From contig MU058475.1 of assembly GCA_013265495.1 (NCBI GenBank), forward strand, positions 186,001-250,000: DNA of 64,000 bases, given 5' to 3'. A model generated the notes under the pieces. That model was not told the DNA's origin and did no database searches. It saw only the letters and a program-made list of their open reading frames with translations. Below are positions 11,298 to 23,240 of the stretch, in pieces. The DNA is from Vicugna vicugna. Its lineage: Eukaryota. A program made the position numbers and the translations under genes. Position 1 is the first letter of the stretch. Each line of letters starts with the position of its first letter.

Positions 11298-12714
11298 CTA
11301 TAATGAAAAAAAAAAAACACAGCGAGGGCTTTATAATCAGTATCATCTCAGAAGAACAATGTGCTCTCCTGGGGACCTCTTCTTGCCAGGATCCTATTTT
11401 CTGAGGCTACTAACTGAAGTACAAGCTCAACACAGAATCCTGGAAACCCGACATCTAAGCCTAGGGACCAAGGAAGGACGCGCATGGACCCTGCAGTCCA
11501 GCAAACATGGGCCTGAAGCCAGTGACAAACCAGGAACTTGATGCCCAGAGGTGAGTGACTTGCCTAAGCTCTCATGTCTGCTCGGTAGCTTGTACCCTGG
11601 TCTTCAAGGTTTAGTATTTTAGTGTTGCTCAAACTGGGTACCTCGCACCTTGGGGAGACCTTAGATGTATTACTGGGAGACTGAGCTCTTCACAGAAACG
11701 TTTTAACTTGAGAATTAAAAAAACAATGAACACAAGTAAACCTGGCATTATCTGGATGGACTTCAGCAAGTTAAGTACTGACATAAAGTTTCAGTGCTGT
11801 TTCGTTTTTGTGATGGCTTTTGGCCCTATCACCTGCAGTAACATCAAAATACTAACTTCAGTGGCTTCCTCAGCATGCCTGGCTACCCCGGCTGGCCTGT
11901 CCTCACCCTGAGATGACATCGTTCACCCCTAATGGCCCCGCATCTGTCGGTGTACTCATTTTGATTTTGTTGGTTGAAAAGTACTACTTCTCTTCTGCAG
12001 TGATAACTTACAAACGGAACGTTTTCACGCCATTATGACTACATCACTTCCGGAGGCTTTAACACCACAGAACTAGGTGACAAAGAATGTTCAGAAAAGC
12101 GTGCAGCCTGCATTGTTGCAGGCTAATGAGAACAGTGCAGAGGCGTATGTGACACCTGCATAGGGAGAGCAGAGAGAGCTGTGATGGAGCAAAGGTTTTG
12201 CAGCCATTTAGATGGAGACAAACTGAGAGGCTGTCCCAGGCCCAAGTGTGTCACAGCCCTCAGTGCCACCTGCAGGCCTGTCTGGAGCAGCAGGTTAAGT
12301 CTGGCAAAGTCCATCCGCTACGTTCACTTGCTGTTAATTTGAACTTTACTTTTTGTGGTTTTGCTTGTGCTTTATTTGCAGATGAGTTTAGGTTTTGTAC
12401 AGTAAACATAAAGGCTTCCCATCTAGTGTAATGTCTGTGCATACTTAAATACATTAACATAAAAATGCTTTTAGTTGGCACTTAGCACTTCAGCTAGCAT
12501 TTTTTTTTTCTCTTTTTCATGAAAAGGAATCCATACCTGGCTCGAGTCAGAAACACTGTATTAGGGGATCTTGTCTCCCTGATTGGAAGAGGAATGAAAC
12601 CAGCATGACAGAGCCTGTCTCCGCTTAACACTCCTTTTCACCTTGTCACAGGCGGATTGCTCAGCATGTGCATTTGAGAATAAATGTGCTCCCGCTCAGA
12701 TGCAGACTTAGAGG

Positions 12715-13531
12715 AATTGTAACAGTCCCGCTGAACTGGAAGTCAGGACCGCTGCCCAGCCACTCTGGGTCTCTGGGTCCTGCCTGGGAATCAGCAGGCA
12801 ACGGGAGCTCCTGTGCTGGCTGCGGGCACTGACCCTGACGGCCCCGGGGAGCTGGGGCTGCTGCTCGACGACGTGGCGGCAGGGATGAGGGTGTCTGGGT
12901 CAGAGGAGTCACTTAGAGCTCCTCCTGGTGTGACCATGCCTGAGGCCACGATGAATGCAAAACTGCAACAAGCCAATGGCCAGACCCTGCAGGAACGAGA
13001 CTTGAGTCATCCCACCAGGAAAAGCACCAGCACCCGCTGCAGGGCGTACTGAAGGCAGAGGGGATGCAGAACGGGTAGCGGAGGAAGGCAGTTCAGTGCC
13101 AGCTACGACCAAGTGACCAGGTACAGAGACGAGGGCTGCACCTGTCATCAAATACATATTCCTTCTTATTTTGTCGGAAATGGTTGTATGCGTATACTCT
13201 GTATAAACACGTATCTTTGTTTTCTTTCCTGTCTTATCCCCTGATCATGTAACAAGTTATACTGACTTTATATCAATATTTAAATATTGCTGATTTTACA
13301 TCATAGTATTTAAATTACAGAATATCCGTGAGAAGAGCAGACATGGCTAGCGAACCCTGCTGCTGCTTCTGCAGAGGGGATTTGTGCATTTTTGGCTGTA
13401 CCCAGGATGGCTGTACTCAGGATGGTTGTACCATGTTAGGTGCAATTCTGACCTCGTTAATCACAGTTATTTGGAGATTAAGTATGGTTTAAGGAGATGG
13501 GTATGGGTGCCAAGTTCACAGGGTTTGGACC
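12715..13531 (+). mobile_element. ERVL internal 3' remnant with degenerate dUTPase-like sequence
   Basis: ORF 12813-13052 reads (V)LAAGTDPDGPGELGLLL..NAKLQQAN, resembling ERVL dUTPase G-V-I-D-P-D-Y-Q-G-E-I; ends with GGGTGCCAAGTTCACAGGGTTTGGAC directly before the LTR. Confidence 0.75.
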
Positions 13532-13934
13532 TGTAATGGTTAATTTTATGCTATCTTGGCTGGGCCACAGTGCCCAGATACTTGGTCAAACATTATTCTA
13601 GATGTATCTGTAAAGGTATTTTTTAGATGAGATTAACATTTAAATCAACAGACTAAGTAAAGCTGATTACTCTCCATATGTGAGTGGGCCTCATCCAATC
13701 AACTGAAGGTCTTAGGACAAAGACTGAACTCCCTGGGAGGGGGAGGAGGAATTCTGCCAGCAGACGGCCTTTGGATTTGAACTGTGACTCTTCTGGGTCT
13801 CTGGCCTGCAGGCTTGCCCTGCAGGTTTTGGACCTGCCAGGCTCCGTATGATGTGAACCAATTCCTTAAAATACATCTCTCTCTGTATGTACATTCTGCT
13901 GGTTCTGTTTCTTTGAAGAATCCTGGCTAATACG
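13532..13934 (+). mobile_element. MLT2-family (ERVL) 3' LTR
   Basis: Starts TGTAATGGTTAATTTTATG, contains GTGGGCCTCATCCAATCAACTGAAGG, ends TTCTGTTTCTTTGAAGAATCCTGGCTAATAC. Confidence 0.85.
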
Positions 13935-15049
13935 GTTTTGGTATTTCTTTAAATACTATAATTCTTTTGAAGATCATTGGAAAATCTCTTTCCCCAAACA
14001 CTACTTAAAACAAAAAACAAACAAAGATTCAACCTTGACCAATCAGACTTCCAATATATTCCACTGGGATGAAGGGCTGTTTTCAACCCTTTACAATCTT
14101 AGTTTCAGGGTTATTTTCCAAAACGAGAAGCATTTAACTTAGCTTTTCTGAACTTAATGTAATAAGTTCTAAGGAAAAACAAAACAAAACAAAAAACAAC
14201 TTGCCATCAAGGACGGGCTACTTTAAATCTTACTGAAATTCAATGATGTCTCAGTCATAGTTTCAAAGTGGCTTACTCGTTCTCTCCCGACTGAAGAGAA
14301 CAGTATATTAGATATAAAATAAAATTCTGATCAACATATTCTATATGTGGAAAAGATGAGACTAACATTAAGTCTCAAGCCTCAATTTTAATCTTGTTCC
14401 CTGTGATCACAACATACACCTTTATATTTTACTGAAAGTGTACTTGCTTAAAAAATTTTTTTTCTAATTGCAGAGTAACACATCCTCTGAATAGTGGGCT
14501 TCTCCTTCCCTCCTTCCCTCCGTCCTTCCTTTCCTTCCATCCACCCACTGAATGTGTAACGAAGGCCTACTTGGTATCACACTGTTGGTGGTAAACAAGA
14601 GAAAAACGGAGTTTCTCATGGAGTTTGCAGAAATCAGTAGTGAAAAGGACACCAAGCTGAACCCGAACCGAGCTTGCCAGCCCTCATTCCGCCCGTCCCT
14701 GCGGGGCTGGGCCGCCGACCTCACACCTGTTCTTTGCTCTGAAGCAGCAGTACCCGGCCTGACTCTTCCCGTCCTGCCCTGGGGGCTCCTCTTCCTCCCG
14801 TGGTTCCCCAAGGGCTCACTTCACTTTAAAGAATTAACACTGTGTGTGCCTCCTACGAGCCAGACACTTTACATCCACGCAGCGTCTAAGAGTTGGTTGT
14901 CCCCAGGTTTAAATCCAGAGTCAGTCTCTTCCCAGTCCGCGTCCTGAAGACAAGAGCCTAGAGCCACACGTGAGCTCACAGACCCTCACCCCCGGATAAC
15001 TTCCGGAGAAGTATGTTTAGGGTGTTACAGCCTTAGAAACCCTTAGGTC

Positions 15050-15760
15050 TTTATTATCTCCTTTGAGATTTATCATCTCCTAAGACTTTAAATTATACCT
15101 CCGTGGAGCTGATGCTGAGTTCTTTATCACAAATTTGTATCTTTCTCTTAAATTCCAACCTTAAAACTTCACACTGTGAGCTACACAGTCGGGGACCATT
15201 GTCGTAAGGATGTAGAAGATACAACCTGACTATTTCTGTTCCCCCGCCCCGCCCGCCTCGTGGAGTCATTCTCGGCTCTTCTTCCTCCTTTACTCCTGAG
15301 GCCTGGAGATCCCACTTTGAACATTTCACTGTGAAATCGAGACAGTGCTTTCCACCTTCACAACACTGTCTCACTTCTCAAGAACTGCAGGGGGCTTGAG
15401 CTGGCCTTCCACTCACCCCTGTGCACACACTCTCCTAAACCGCTTTCACACACACCTCCACGCCGGTGCTTGTCTCCATCACACAGGATGAGGTCCACAC
15501 TCCTAGGCCTGGGGTCACATCTCTCCTCAGTTTTGTCTCTCTTTATCTCCAATCTGAAAGCCCGTGCTTGATAAAGCCGCTTCCTTCACTGCTCCTGAAC
15601 AAAGAACCACCATCTCTGCCCCTTCGCTCAGGTCTTCACACGCACCCCAATCCTCCTAGTCCTCGTCCACTGGGCACTGAAATCCAACGTGTCTCCAGTG
15701 CTAACTTAAGTCCCGCCCTCAGTAAGGCCTCCTCTGACCACTCTACCTAAATCCCCCTCT
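15050..15760 (+). mobile_element. Degraded L2-like LINE fragment
   Basis: CT-rich stretch with L2-like motifs (GGAGTCATTCTCGGCTCTTCTTCCTCCTTTACTCC; CTCAGTAAGGCCTCCTCTGACCACTCTACCTAAA). Confidence 0.4.
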
Positions 15761-16814
15761 CCTTCCATCCAGACGCATCCCACAGGCACAAGAGCTGGTC
15801 CGTGAAAACACTTCCACCAGATTCAAAGTTCATTTGAAAACTGTGACTTTTAGCCCTCAAGTTAGGATTAAATTCCAATTTAGATTAATGACTATGTGTT
15901 ATACTTTATCTTGGTGCTTAGGAAATAATTGTTCATTTGATTTGGCTGACTGCTCTTCAGAGACCTGAGGATAAAGAAAAGTGTTCCAGGAAAAGCAGTC
16001 TGTAAGGAAAAATACATATTTTCACTCCCTCAAAATAACATATGACCAAAGAAATAAATTGTGGACAGAGTAACAGACAACTTTCTCAGTTTTTAAACAA
16101 GACAAGAAATTGCAAAGGAAAAGGCTGAGTTGTTACAATTTATTGAAAATAAAGAAGGTACACATAGTAGGAAAAAATACAAAGGGTCAACAGCTATTCT
16201 CCATTAAGAGCTCTGGCAAATATTTAAGAAAAACATCCAGAGCCCAAAGAGAGACGTTTGAACAAAAAACTACACCAGGATAAATCACAACAGTGATCAA
16301 TTAAATGTATTAATTCTTCACTGCAAAGTCATTGTAGTTCTATATAAAGTTATTCTAATAAGTCTATTTTGCTATAGCTATGCTTCAGTGCTTAAAAATA
16401 TAAACACAAATTGATATAACGTCACTACAGTCATCTGAACGTCATAATGGGAATCAGTCCTGCCCGTGACCAGAGCCATCTCCCAGCAGAAGCACACAGA
16501 GTGCGAGGCCGACCAGGGCAAGGACAGCTTCGGGGCTTCACGCTGTGTGCTTCCCTCATCGTATGGCAGTGCTTCGTGCAGTCAGTGCTCAAACGCAACA
16601 TAAATGCAGGCAGAATGAATGAAAGAGAAAGGCTGAAAGAGGCCAGGCATTTTCTCCTAAACCCGCTTCCTCACCACTAGAATGATGAGAGAGATCTAGC
16701 ATGGAGAAATCATAATCGCATTTAAAAAACCGAGTACAATAACTTTCTAAAAACTGATTTAAAAAATTTAAAAATTGCTCAAAGCCTCAAAAACCGATGC
16801 CAATAAGTAACTCA

Positions 16815-16985
16815 TTAGTGTACGGGGAACTATATTCAACGTCTCATAGTAACTTACGGTGAAAACGAATATGAAAACTTACGTATGTGCATTCCTGTAT
16901 GACTGAAGTATTGGGCCGTACAGCAGAAATTGACACAGCATTGTAAACTGACTAGACTTCAATAAAAATATATATATATTTTAAA
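16815..16985 (+). mobile_element. LINE-1 3' terminal fragment (5'-truncated)
   Basis: GGGAACTATATTCAA..GTATGACTGAAG..CAGAAATTGACACAGCATTGTAAACTGACTAGACTTCAATAAAAA; flanked by AAGTAACT direct repeats. Confidence 0.8.
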
Positions 16986-18331
16986 AGTAACTTACAGGCT
17001 CCAAGTTCCTGCTTACCTCTGAGTGAAATGCTTCTTATAAATCCAATTTTTCTTGTTTCATCGTAAGTAGATGTGGAAAGCGGCTGATCACTGTTCTGAG
17101 ATATTTATCATTCATGTGATGGGAGGATCTTAATGGAGTTTTTTCCTTTCCAGTTCAAACATAATAGACTCTTTTTACTAAACCTTTAATCTTCACGATT
17201 TTATCAGTTTTGTAACAATTTAACAGACTATTCTGTACTTATGAATCTGATCTGTGAGACTGATAACTTTCTCTAGGGTTTTATTTTGTAAACTTTATTT
17301 CCTGTAACATTTGGGCCATGGTGCCCAACTACAGAATACAGGAAATGTGGATTCTTTCCTCTAGAATACCAGCCATTGTGAGAGCCAAATAAAATTAGGA
17401 CCTCTCTAAGAGTGTAAAATCAGGTACGTTATTTTGCTTTATGTATTGATCACCTACAGTGAATCTTTACCATTAAGAATTATTAACCTGAGGATCGTTC
17501 AAATAAGGCAAGAAAAGAAAACAATTTCAAAGTATTTTAACTATGCTGATTACTCTCCATCCTTTGAGGGCAGTGAAAGTTTTGTATTTCTTATACCTTG
17601 AGGGATTTTGTATAAAGTACTCAAGAAAAGACTTTGATTAATAACCAGAATCAACATGGCCTGATTATATTAAAATTATAATCAGTCATCTTAGGACTAG
17701 ATGAAATTGCCTGGTTTCGCCTTTGAATAGCCTCCTTCACTTTTACATCTGAAGAATGAAAGGACTCCAAGAGGCTAAATGACTCCATTTTTTTAAAAAG
17801 TGATTAAAAAATCAGAGTGAATTAGAAGACCTGATTAGAACTTGTATCTTCTGGTTCTATGGTTCTGTGGTCATTACATCATCGATGAACTGGTCTACAT
17901 GACAGCTTCTCCTATGTTTGTCTTGCTGGTTCAGGAGGATGACTGCCTTGCATTTTCAGAGGTAAGGGACGAAGACCACTTTGAGACGCACCGTGTTACA
18001 GCAGTCATCTCAATCAAACATGCTGCATTTAAGGGTGTTTCCCTGACATGGCTGATCGAGCTTTCCCTTATTCAGCTCAAGTCACAGCCGCTGTGCTGAA
18101 GGCCACGGATAAAACCGCAAGCAACACACCCGGAGCCCTAGCCCGTACACACTCTCACCTCATGATTTAACTCTCAGAACTTCCAAAAGATCCTAAGTTT
18201 GAATGCGAGGTCTGTGTTAAACTACCTGTTAATCCTCAGTATCTAGCGCCGTACCCGGAATATCGTGGGTTCTGAGGGAAATCTGCATCGCTCTTCCTTC
18301 ATCAGGAAAGACCCCAGTGCTGGGTACTCAC

Positions 18332-18436
18332 CGGTGAGGAAGTTCCGCAGCCGTCCGAACTGTACTTCATACTGCTGGGGCTCTGCCTGGCAGGGGGCCG
18401 CAGACACTATGTTGGCACAACCAGACTCTGATTGGA
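18332..18436 (-). CDS. TAF5L: TAF5L coding exon 2 of 4 (105 nt)
   Basis: Acceptor TCTTCCTCCTTAG|TC; (V)QSESGCANIVSAAPCQAEPQQYEVQFGRLRNFLT; donor CCG|GTGAGT; phase 1 at both ends. Confidence 0.96.
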
Positions 18437-21400
18437 CTAAGGAGGAAGAGACACACAAGACGGGGTGAGAAAGACAGTCGCTAGCCACGGCGTGGCAGGA
18501 CGGACGGAAGAGGGTGCTGCCGGTGCATCACAGCGCCTGACACGTCGGCAGGTTTTCAGAGTACGCTGGGGCTTCTGGTCACATACAACAGACACATCTA
18601 TCTCCTCTACCTCCTGATACTCAATCAAATGACAGCGGAGAGGCAAAAGGTATGAGGCACGGGACAAATAAGGCGACCAGAGAGGAGAGGCACACGAGAC
18701 CAGGGGGGGCTCCCGGGGCGCGGCTGAGCCCGCGCGCTGACCCTGTCTCACGCCGACCCCTGGGATGGCTCCACTTTCAACCCCCGGGCCGGGCATTCTG
18801 CGGGCCCCTTCAATCTGAAAATTCATGGCTTTCAGTTCGGACAGAGTATTTTTGAATCATTTTGTAGACTGTCTTCTATTCCCTCTTTCTGGGACTCCTA
18901 CAATATCCAGGTGAGATCTCCTGAGCGGATCCTTTAATCTTCTCTCCGTTGTTCCATTTCTTTGTCTTTCTGCTCTCCTTTCTGGGAAGCTTCCTCAACT
19001 CTCAACCTTTCTACTGATTTTCCAGTTTTACTGTCATGTATTTATGTGAATGTCCTTTCTCCTCTTAAAATAGCACTCTCTTCTTGTTTCAAAGCTATCG
19101 ATTACATTTTTGAAATTTTCTTCTCTCTGCTGTTTGCTTCCTCCAAGTTGCTGCTCACTGTCTCTTCCCATTTCCATTTTCCACATCAACTAGATTAGTT
19201 TCTCCCAGGGTCTGACGGCCCCTGGTTATCTGAAAGGGAGACGCCCCAGAGCTGATGAGAACTCTACGCGTTTATCACCCGAGAGGACCTGGATGGGCAA
19301 TCTACCATTGGACCATTAGATGGCCAATGCCGGTGTCCCTAGGTCTCTCCTGCTGGGCAGGGTAGATCTACCAGGAACAAATCTTTAATCACCTTCCTGG
19401 ACAGCATGTGCCTGGCTGCCGGTGTTCTCGGCAGCGGGAGGAGAAGGAAGGCTGGAGTCTCAATGTTCAGTATGTAAACACGCACTTCAACTCCATTCTG
19501 TGAGTTTATGCTTTCTAAGAAGTCGAGCAAAATTCTCCTACCCTTTCTGCCGGGGTCAGGAATCATGGGGGGGGTGCACATGGCTGGGGAAAGGTAGCTG
19601 GGGACTGGGAGGAACCACCTTCAACAATAATCTCGATGAAACACTGACACACCTTAGAAGGTGGAAGTGGGGATGGTAATTAATGCAGCAGGGCTGGGGA
19701 AGCCACAACATCAAATGGAAAAGGGGGCACAGAGGAGAAGAAAGTCAGTGTCCCCTGCTAGAGCTCGGAGACAGCCGGAAGCAGGATGTGCTGGAGGGTG
19801 GTACAGAATCCCATAGACTCCTAACACTGACCCTCTCGCTGTCATTCCTAGCACCGCTCTCGGCTCAGGCTGTCCCCACTTCTCGGTGGGGCTGCCATAA
19901 CTGACTAGCTTCCCTGGTTCTAAACCAGGCCCTCCCTTGTCAACACTGCCACCAGAGCGACCTTTCCAGAATCCACATTTGATAACGTGGGTACCCTCCT
20001 CCTACTTGCCCCGGATAAGCTCCTAATGGTTCTTTGGAAACTCAGCTCATTCCTTCTACGATTTACTGACCCCTGACTATAGGCTGGGAACCACAGGCCT
20101 TTTAGGAAGCCCTTCTGACCTGCCAGCCTCACTGAGCTGACTATCTTCTTTGTTCCTAGAGAACCCGGGCAGCCCCCTTCAGGGAACCCACCGCATCACA
20201 TGCTACCGCGATAGCGGATTCACCCGCCTCATTCCCCGACTATAATGTTAAGCACCTCTGGAGCCATGATCAAATCTTCGCTACCCCGAGAACTTTTCAG
20301 CACCTGTTCAAGACTACAGCAGGTGTTCAAGACTGCTGAACGAAGGCATAATTATTCAGATGACTCAATTAATAGAAAGACCTAAGACCAAATCTTACGA
20401 TAATCACATTTCACGCATCTCACATTTCCTGGTGGTTTTCCAGGAACAAGAGTGACTCTCCTAATACGCCACTGAATCTAAACTAAGACAACGAAGAGCA
20501 AATTTAAGTTTGCTTCTCTTTCCTGCCAACAACAGCACAGAATTATGTCCCCAGGTTCCAGTGAACATGGGGCATCAGGAGATTATTCAAGGCTGTGATG
20601 GCAAGGAGTTACTCTGGTCCTGCAAACTGGCCACCCTACTAGAAGCAGTAAGGCATTTATGAATCTATTCCAAGCCCATCACCTGGTACCCAGGGGAGTG
20701 TGAAGGGAAGGAAGGAGGGGTGGGCCTGACGCGGGAGTGTAAGGTGGCAGACAGGTGCTCACTGGGCCTCTACTGTCTCGGAGGGAGCCGGGAGCCACTC
20801 TTCTGGGGACCCCTCAGGTGTTTCCTGCCCATCACTCCTTTCCGAAAGCAATATAGTCTTAGGGTGTGAAGGGCTTGGGTCCTTGACTTTGAAGGGGGCC
20901 GCCACTGCCAGCACGGAAGCTGAAACCACTAAGGGATAGAGTGGTGGCGACGGACATGAGAAGAGTGGCAGGAAGCACAGGAACAAGGCAGAGAGAGGGC
21001 CCGGCCTGAGCAGGCAAGAGGGGGCAGCCGGGCTGGACAGAGCCCTGGGACTCAGCACCCGGCCGTTTAAAGACATTCACAAGCTCCCGAAAAGCACTGC
21101 AGGAAGAAATGTTCCAAGTCTCCAGTACATGAATTCAGCTGAAGAAAATTACATCACATAAAACCCTGAATTCACAAAACAGCTAAGTAACGATTTTTTC
21201 CCCCAAGACGGACTCAAGACAAATTTTTCTAAAAAAGCATCCAATTTCAAAACAAACAACAAACACAAAAACACATTTTAAAAATCTCAGGAACCTAACC
21301 ATGATGTCAATGTTTCCAACCACCAATCCCAGAGGACTCACCCACCTGGCACACCTGACTTCCACGGGCGGGGCCCAGCTTGGGGGAGAGGGGACACATG

Positions 21401-21531
21401 CAGGAGGGGGACACAGACCCTGCCCCAGTTCAGGGAAGGAGAAAGCTGCACCTCACATCAGGTACAGCTAAAAGTACCCGAGGGAGGATGGAGGACGCGC
21501 TTGGCGGGAGGGCTCTGCGGGGCTGCACTAC

Positions 21532-21673
21532 CTGCGAGGTTGGTGGCCATCTCCTCGGCGCTCTGTGACAGCCGCAGGCCTTGCTTCAGCGGGCCGTCCG
21601 CGTCCCCGTACTGCCGGCGCTTGAGGTAGCAGGACACGGCCATCTGAATCTGCTCGGTGCGCACTCGTTTCAT
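21532..21673 (-). CDS. TAF5L: TAF5L first coding exon (142 coding nt; exon starts at 21676)
   Basis: Acceptor TTCCCCGCAG|GTCATG; MKRVRTEQIQMAVSCYLKRRQY...EEMATNLA; donor CAG|GTAGTG. The four exons sum to 1770 nt = 589 aa + stop. Confidence 0.96.
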
Positions 21674-22793
21674 GACCTGCGGGGAACGTGGGGACCCGCG
21701 GTGAGCGGCCTGGGGTCGCCTGCCCAAGCGGGACGTCGCAACACACACATCAACAACCGGCGAGTTACATGGCCACGTTTAGATGCAATACTAGGCTCCT
21801 TAATGGCCAGCCCGGCCCTGCCTTCCATGTCTCTGTGTTCCCAGTGACAACAGCCAACTTCCATGATGCAAAACAGGAACGGCCTAGATAATAAAACCCC
21901 ACAGATCACCCCGAACTCCATTTAATACCGTGATTTCAATGTGCCCCGTCTAATTTATCATTAGAAAAGCTAACGAAAAGCAAATAGGACCCAGGGACTC
22001 CCAGGCCTTGTATCTCCCGCCCACTGGGTGAGAGACATGTTAATTAGCAGTGCGCCAGCCAAAAAGGCAGGCAGGAGGCAGCACAAAATCAAAGACCTGA
22101 GAAGTCCAGCAACCAGACAGAGAGATTTTCAGAAAGTGAGAAGTTAATCCTGGGGAAAGGGAGAGCTATGTTTTTTCTTAATAATCAGGAGAAGGCAGCT
22201 AGCAGAGTCGAGAACGTGAGCAGCGTGTTTTCATTTCAAGCATATTACTTACCTCTTTCACTCTTAATTTTTAACTCAAAGTACAGACAAGCATCAAAAC
22301 AGTAAAAGGATAAGTACATGTGTTACAACGTGTCTCGTGAATTCCCATAAGGAAGGAAGGAAAGTATGCTCGACAGGGGTAGACAACTTATGATAACCCA
22401 AGCTTATCTGAGGGTTCCACCTCCCAAAAGGACTCCTTTCCTTGCCTGCTAAAGTTACTACCAAGAATGACAGGAACCCCTGACACTGCCACAGGCCTCA
22501 GATGCTACTTTGCCTGAAGTAAAGAATACTGCCGTCCAGATTTATTTGAAAAATTTAAAGTATCTTTGACAACAAAGTAAGTATGTGGCACGTGACAGGA
22601 GAATTCACAAGAAAAAAGGCTGGAGGGGGGAGCTTAAAGTCAGTCTTACTAGCAAATTAATACCCAGTCCTTGGGACAACGGCAAGCATTAAAGGGGGTT
22701 GGGCAGGAGGGTGATAGATCGCCATCAAGATTGAGAAGGAACATTCTGGCCACACCAATGGAGAATGTGTTGTAAAGAAAGTCAGGTGCACAC

Positions 22794-23240
22794 ACAATGG
22801 AATGTTGCTCAGCCATAAAGAAAGAATACAAAGTGAAGTAAGTCAGACAGACAAAGACAAATACCATACAGTATCACTTATATGTGGAATCTAAAAAAAT
22901 GATACAAATGAACTGAACCCAGAAACAGACTCACAGACGTCGAAAACAAACTTATGGTTACCAGAAGGGGAGGGGAGGGGAGGGGAGAGGGACAAATCAG
23001 GAGTATGGGATTAAGAGATACACAATATCATATATAAAACAAACAATAACGATTTACTGTATAGCATAGGAAACAGCATTCAACATCTTGAAATAACGTA
23101 TAATAGAAGAAAATTTTAAAAAGAATATATACATGTATCTATTTGAATACACTTTGCTGTATACCTGAAACTAACACAATATTGTAAATCAACTCTACTT
23201 CAATAAAAAATATGAGCGGTAAAATAAAAGAAAAAAAAAA
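22794..23240 (+). mobile_element. LINE-1 3' fragment
   Basis: ACAATGGAATG..CAGCCATAAAG, AGTGAAGTAAGTCAGACAGACAAAGACAAATACCATA, G-rich tract, ..CAACTCTACTTCAATAAAAAA. Confidence 0.85.

Noticed and set aside
10731..11541. 171-aa alternate-frame ORF and 194-aa antisense ORF over TAF5L coding exon 3
   Set aside because: Same stop-codon depletion effect; no independent support.
11620..12558. Possible hAT-Charlie element with ends TAGTGTTGCTCAAACTG / GAGTCAGAAACACTG
   Set aside because: The terminal repeats are only loosely complementary and I found no matching 8-bp TSD. It needs a Dfam search.
21674..21748. Apparent N-terminal extension of TAF5L in ORF 21458-21748
   Set aside because: It starts at GTG and lies in the intron upstream of a good acceptor at 21677; the nearby ATG is in another frame.
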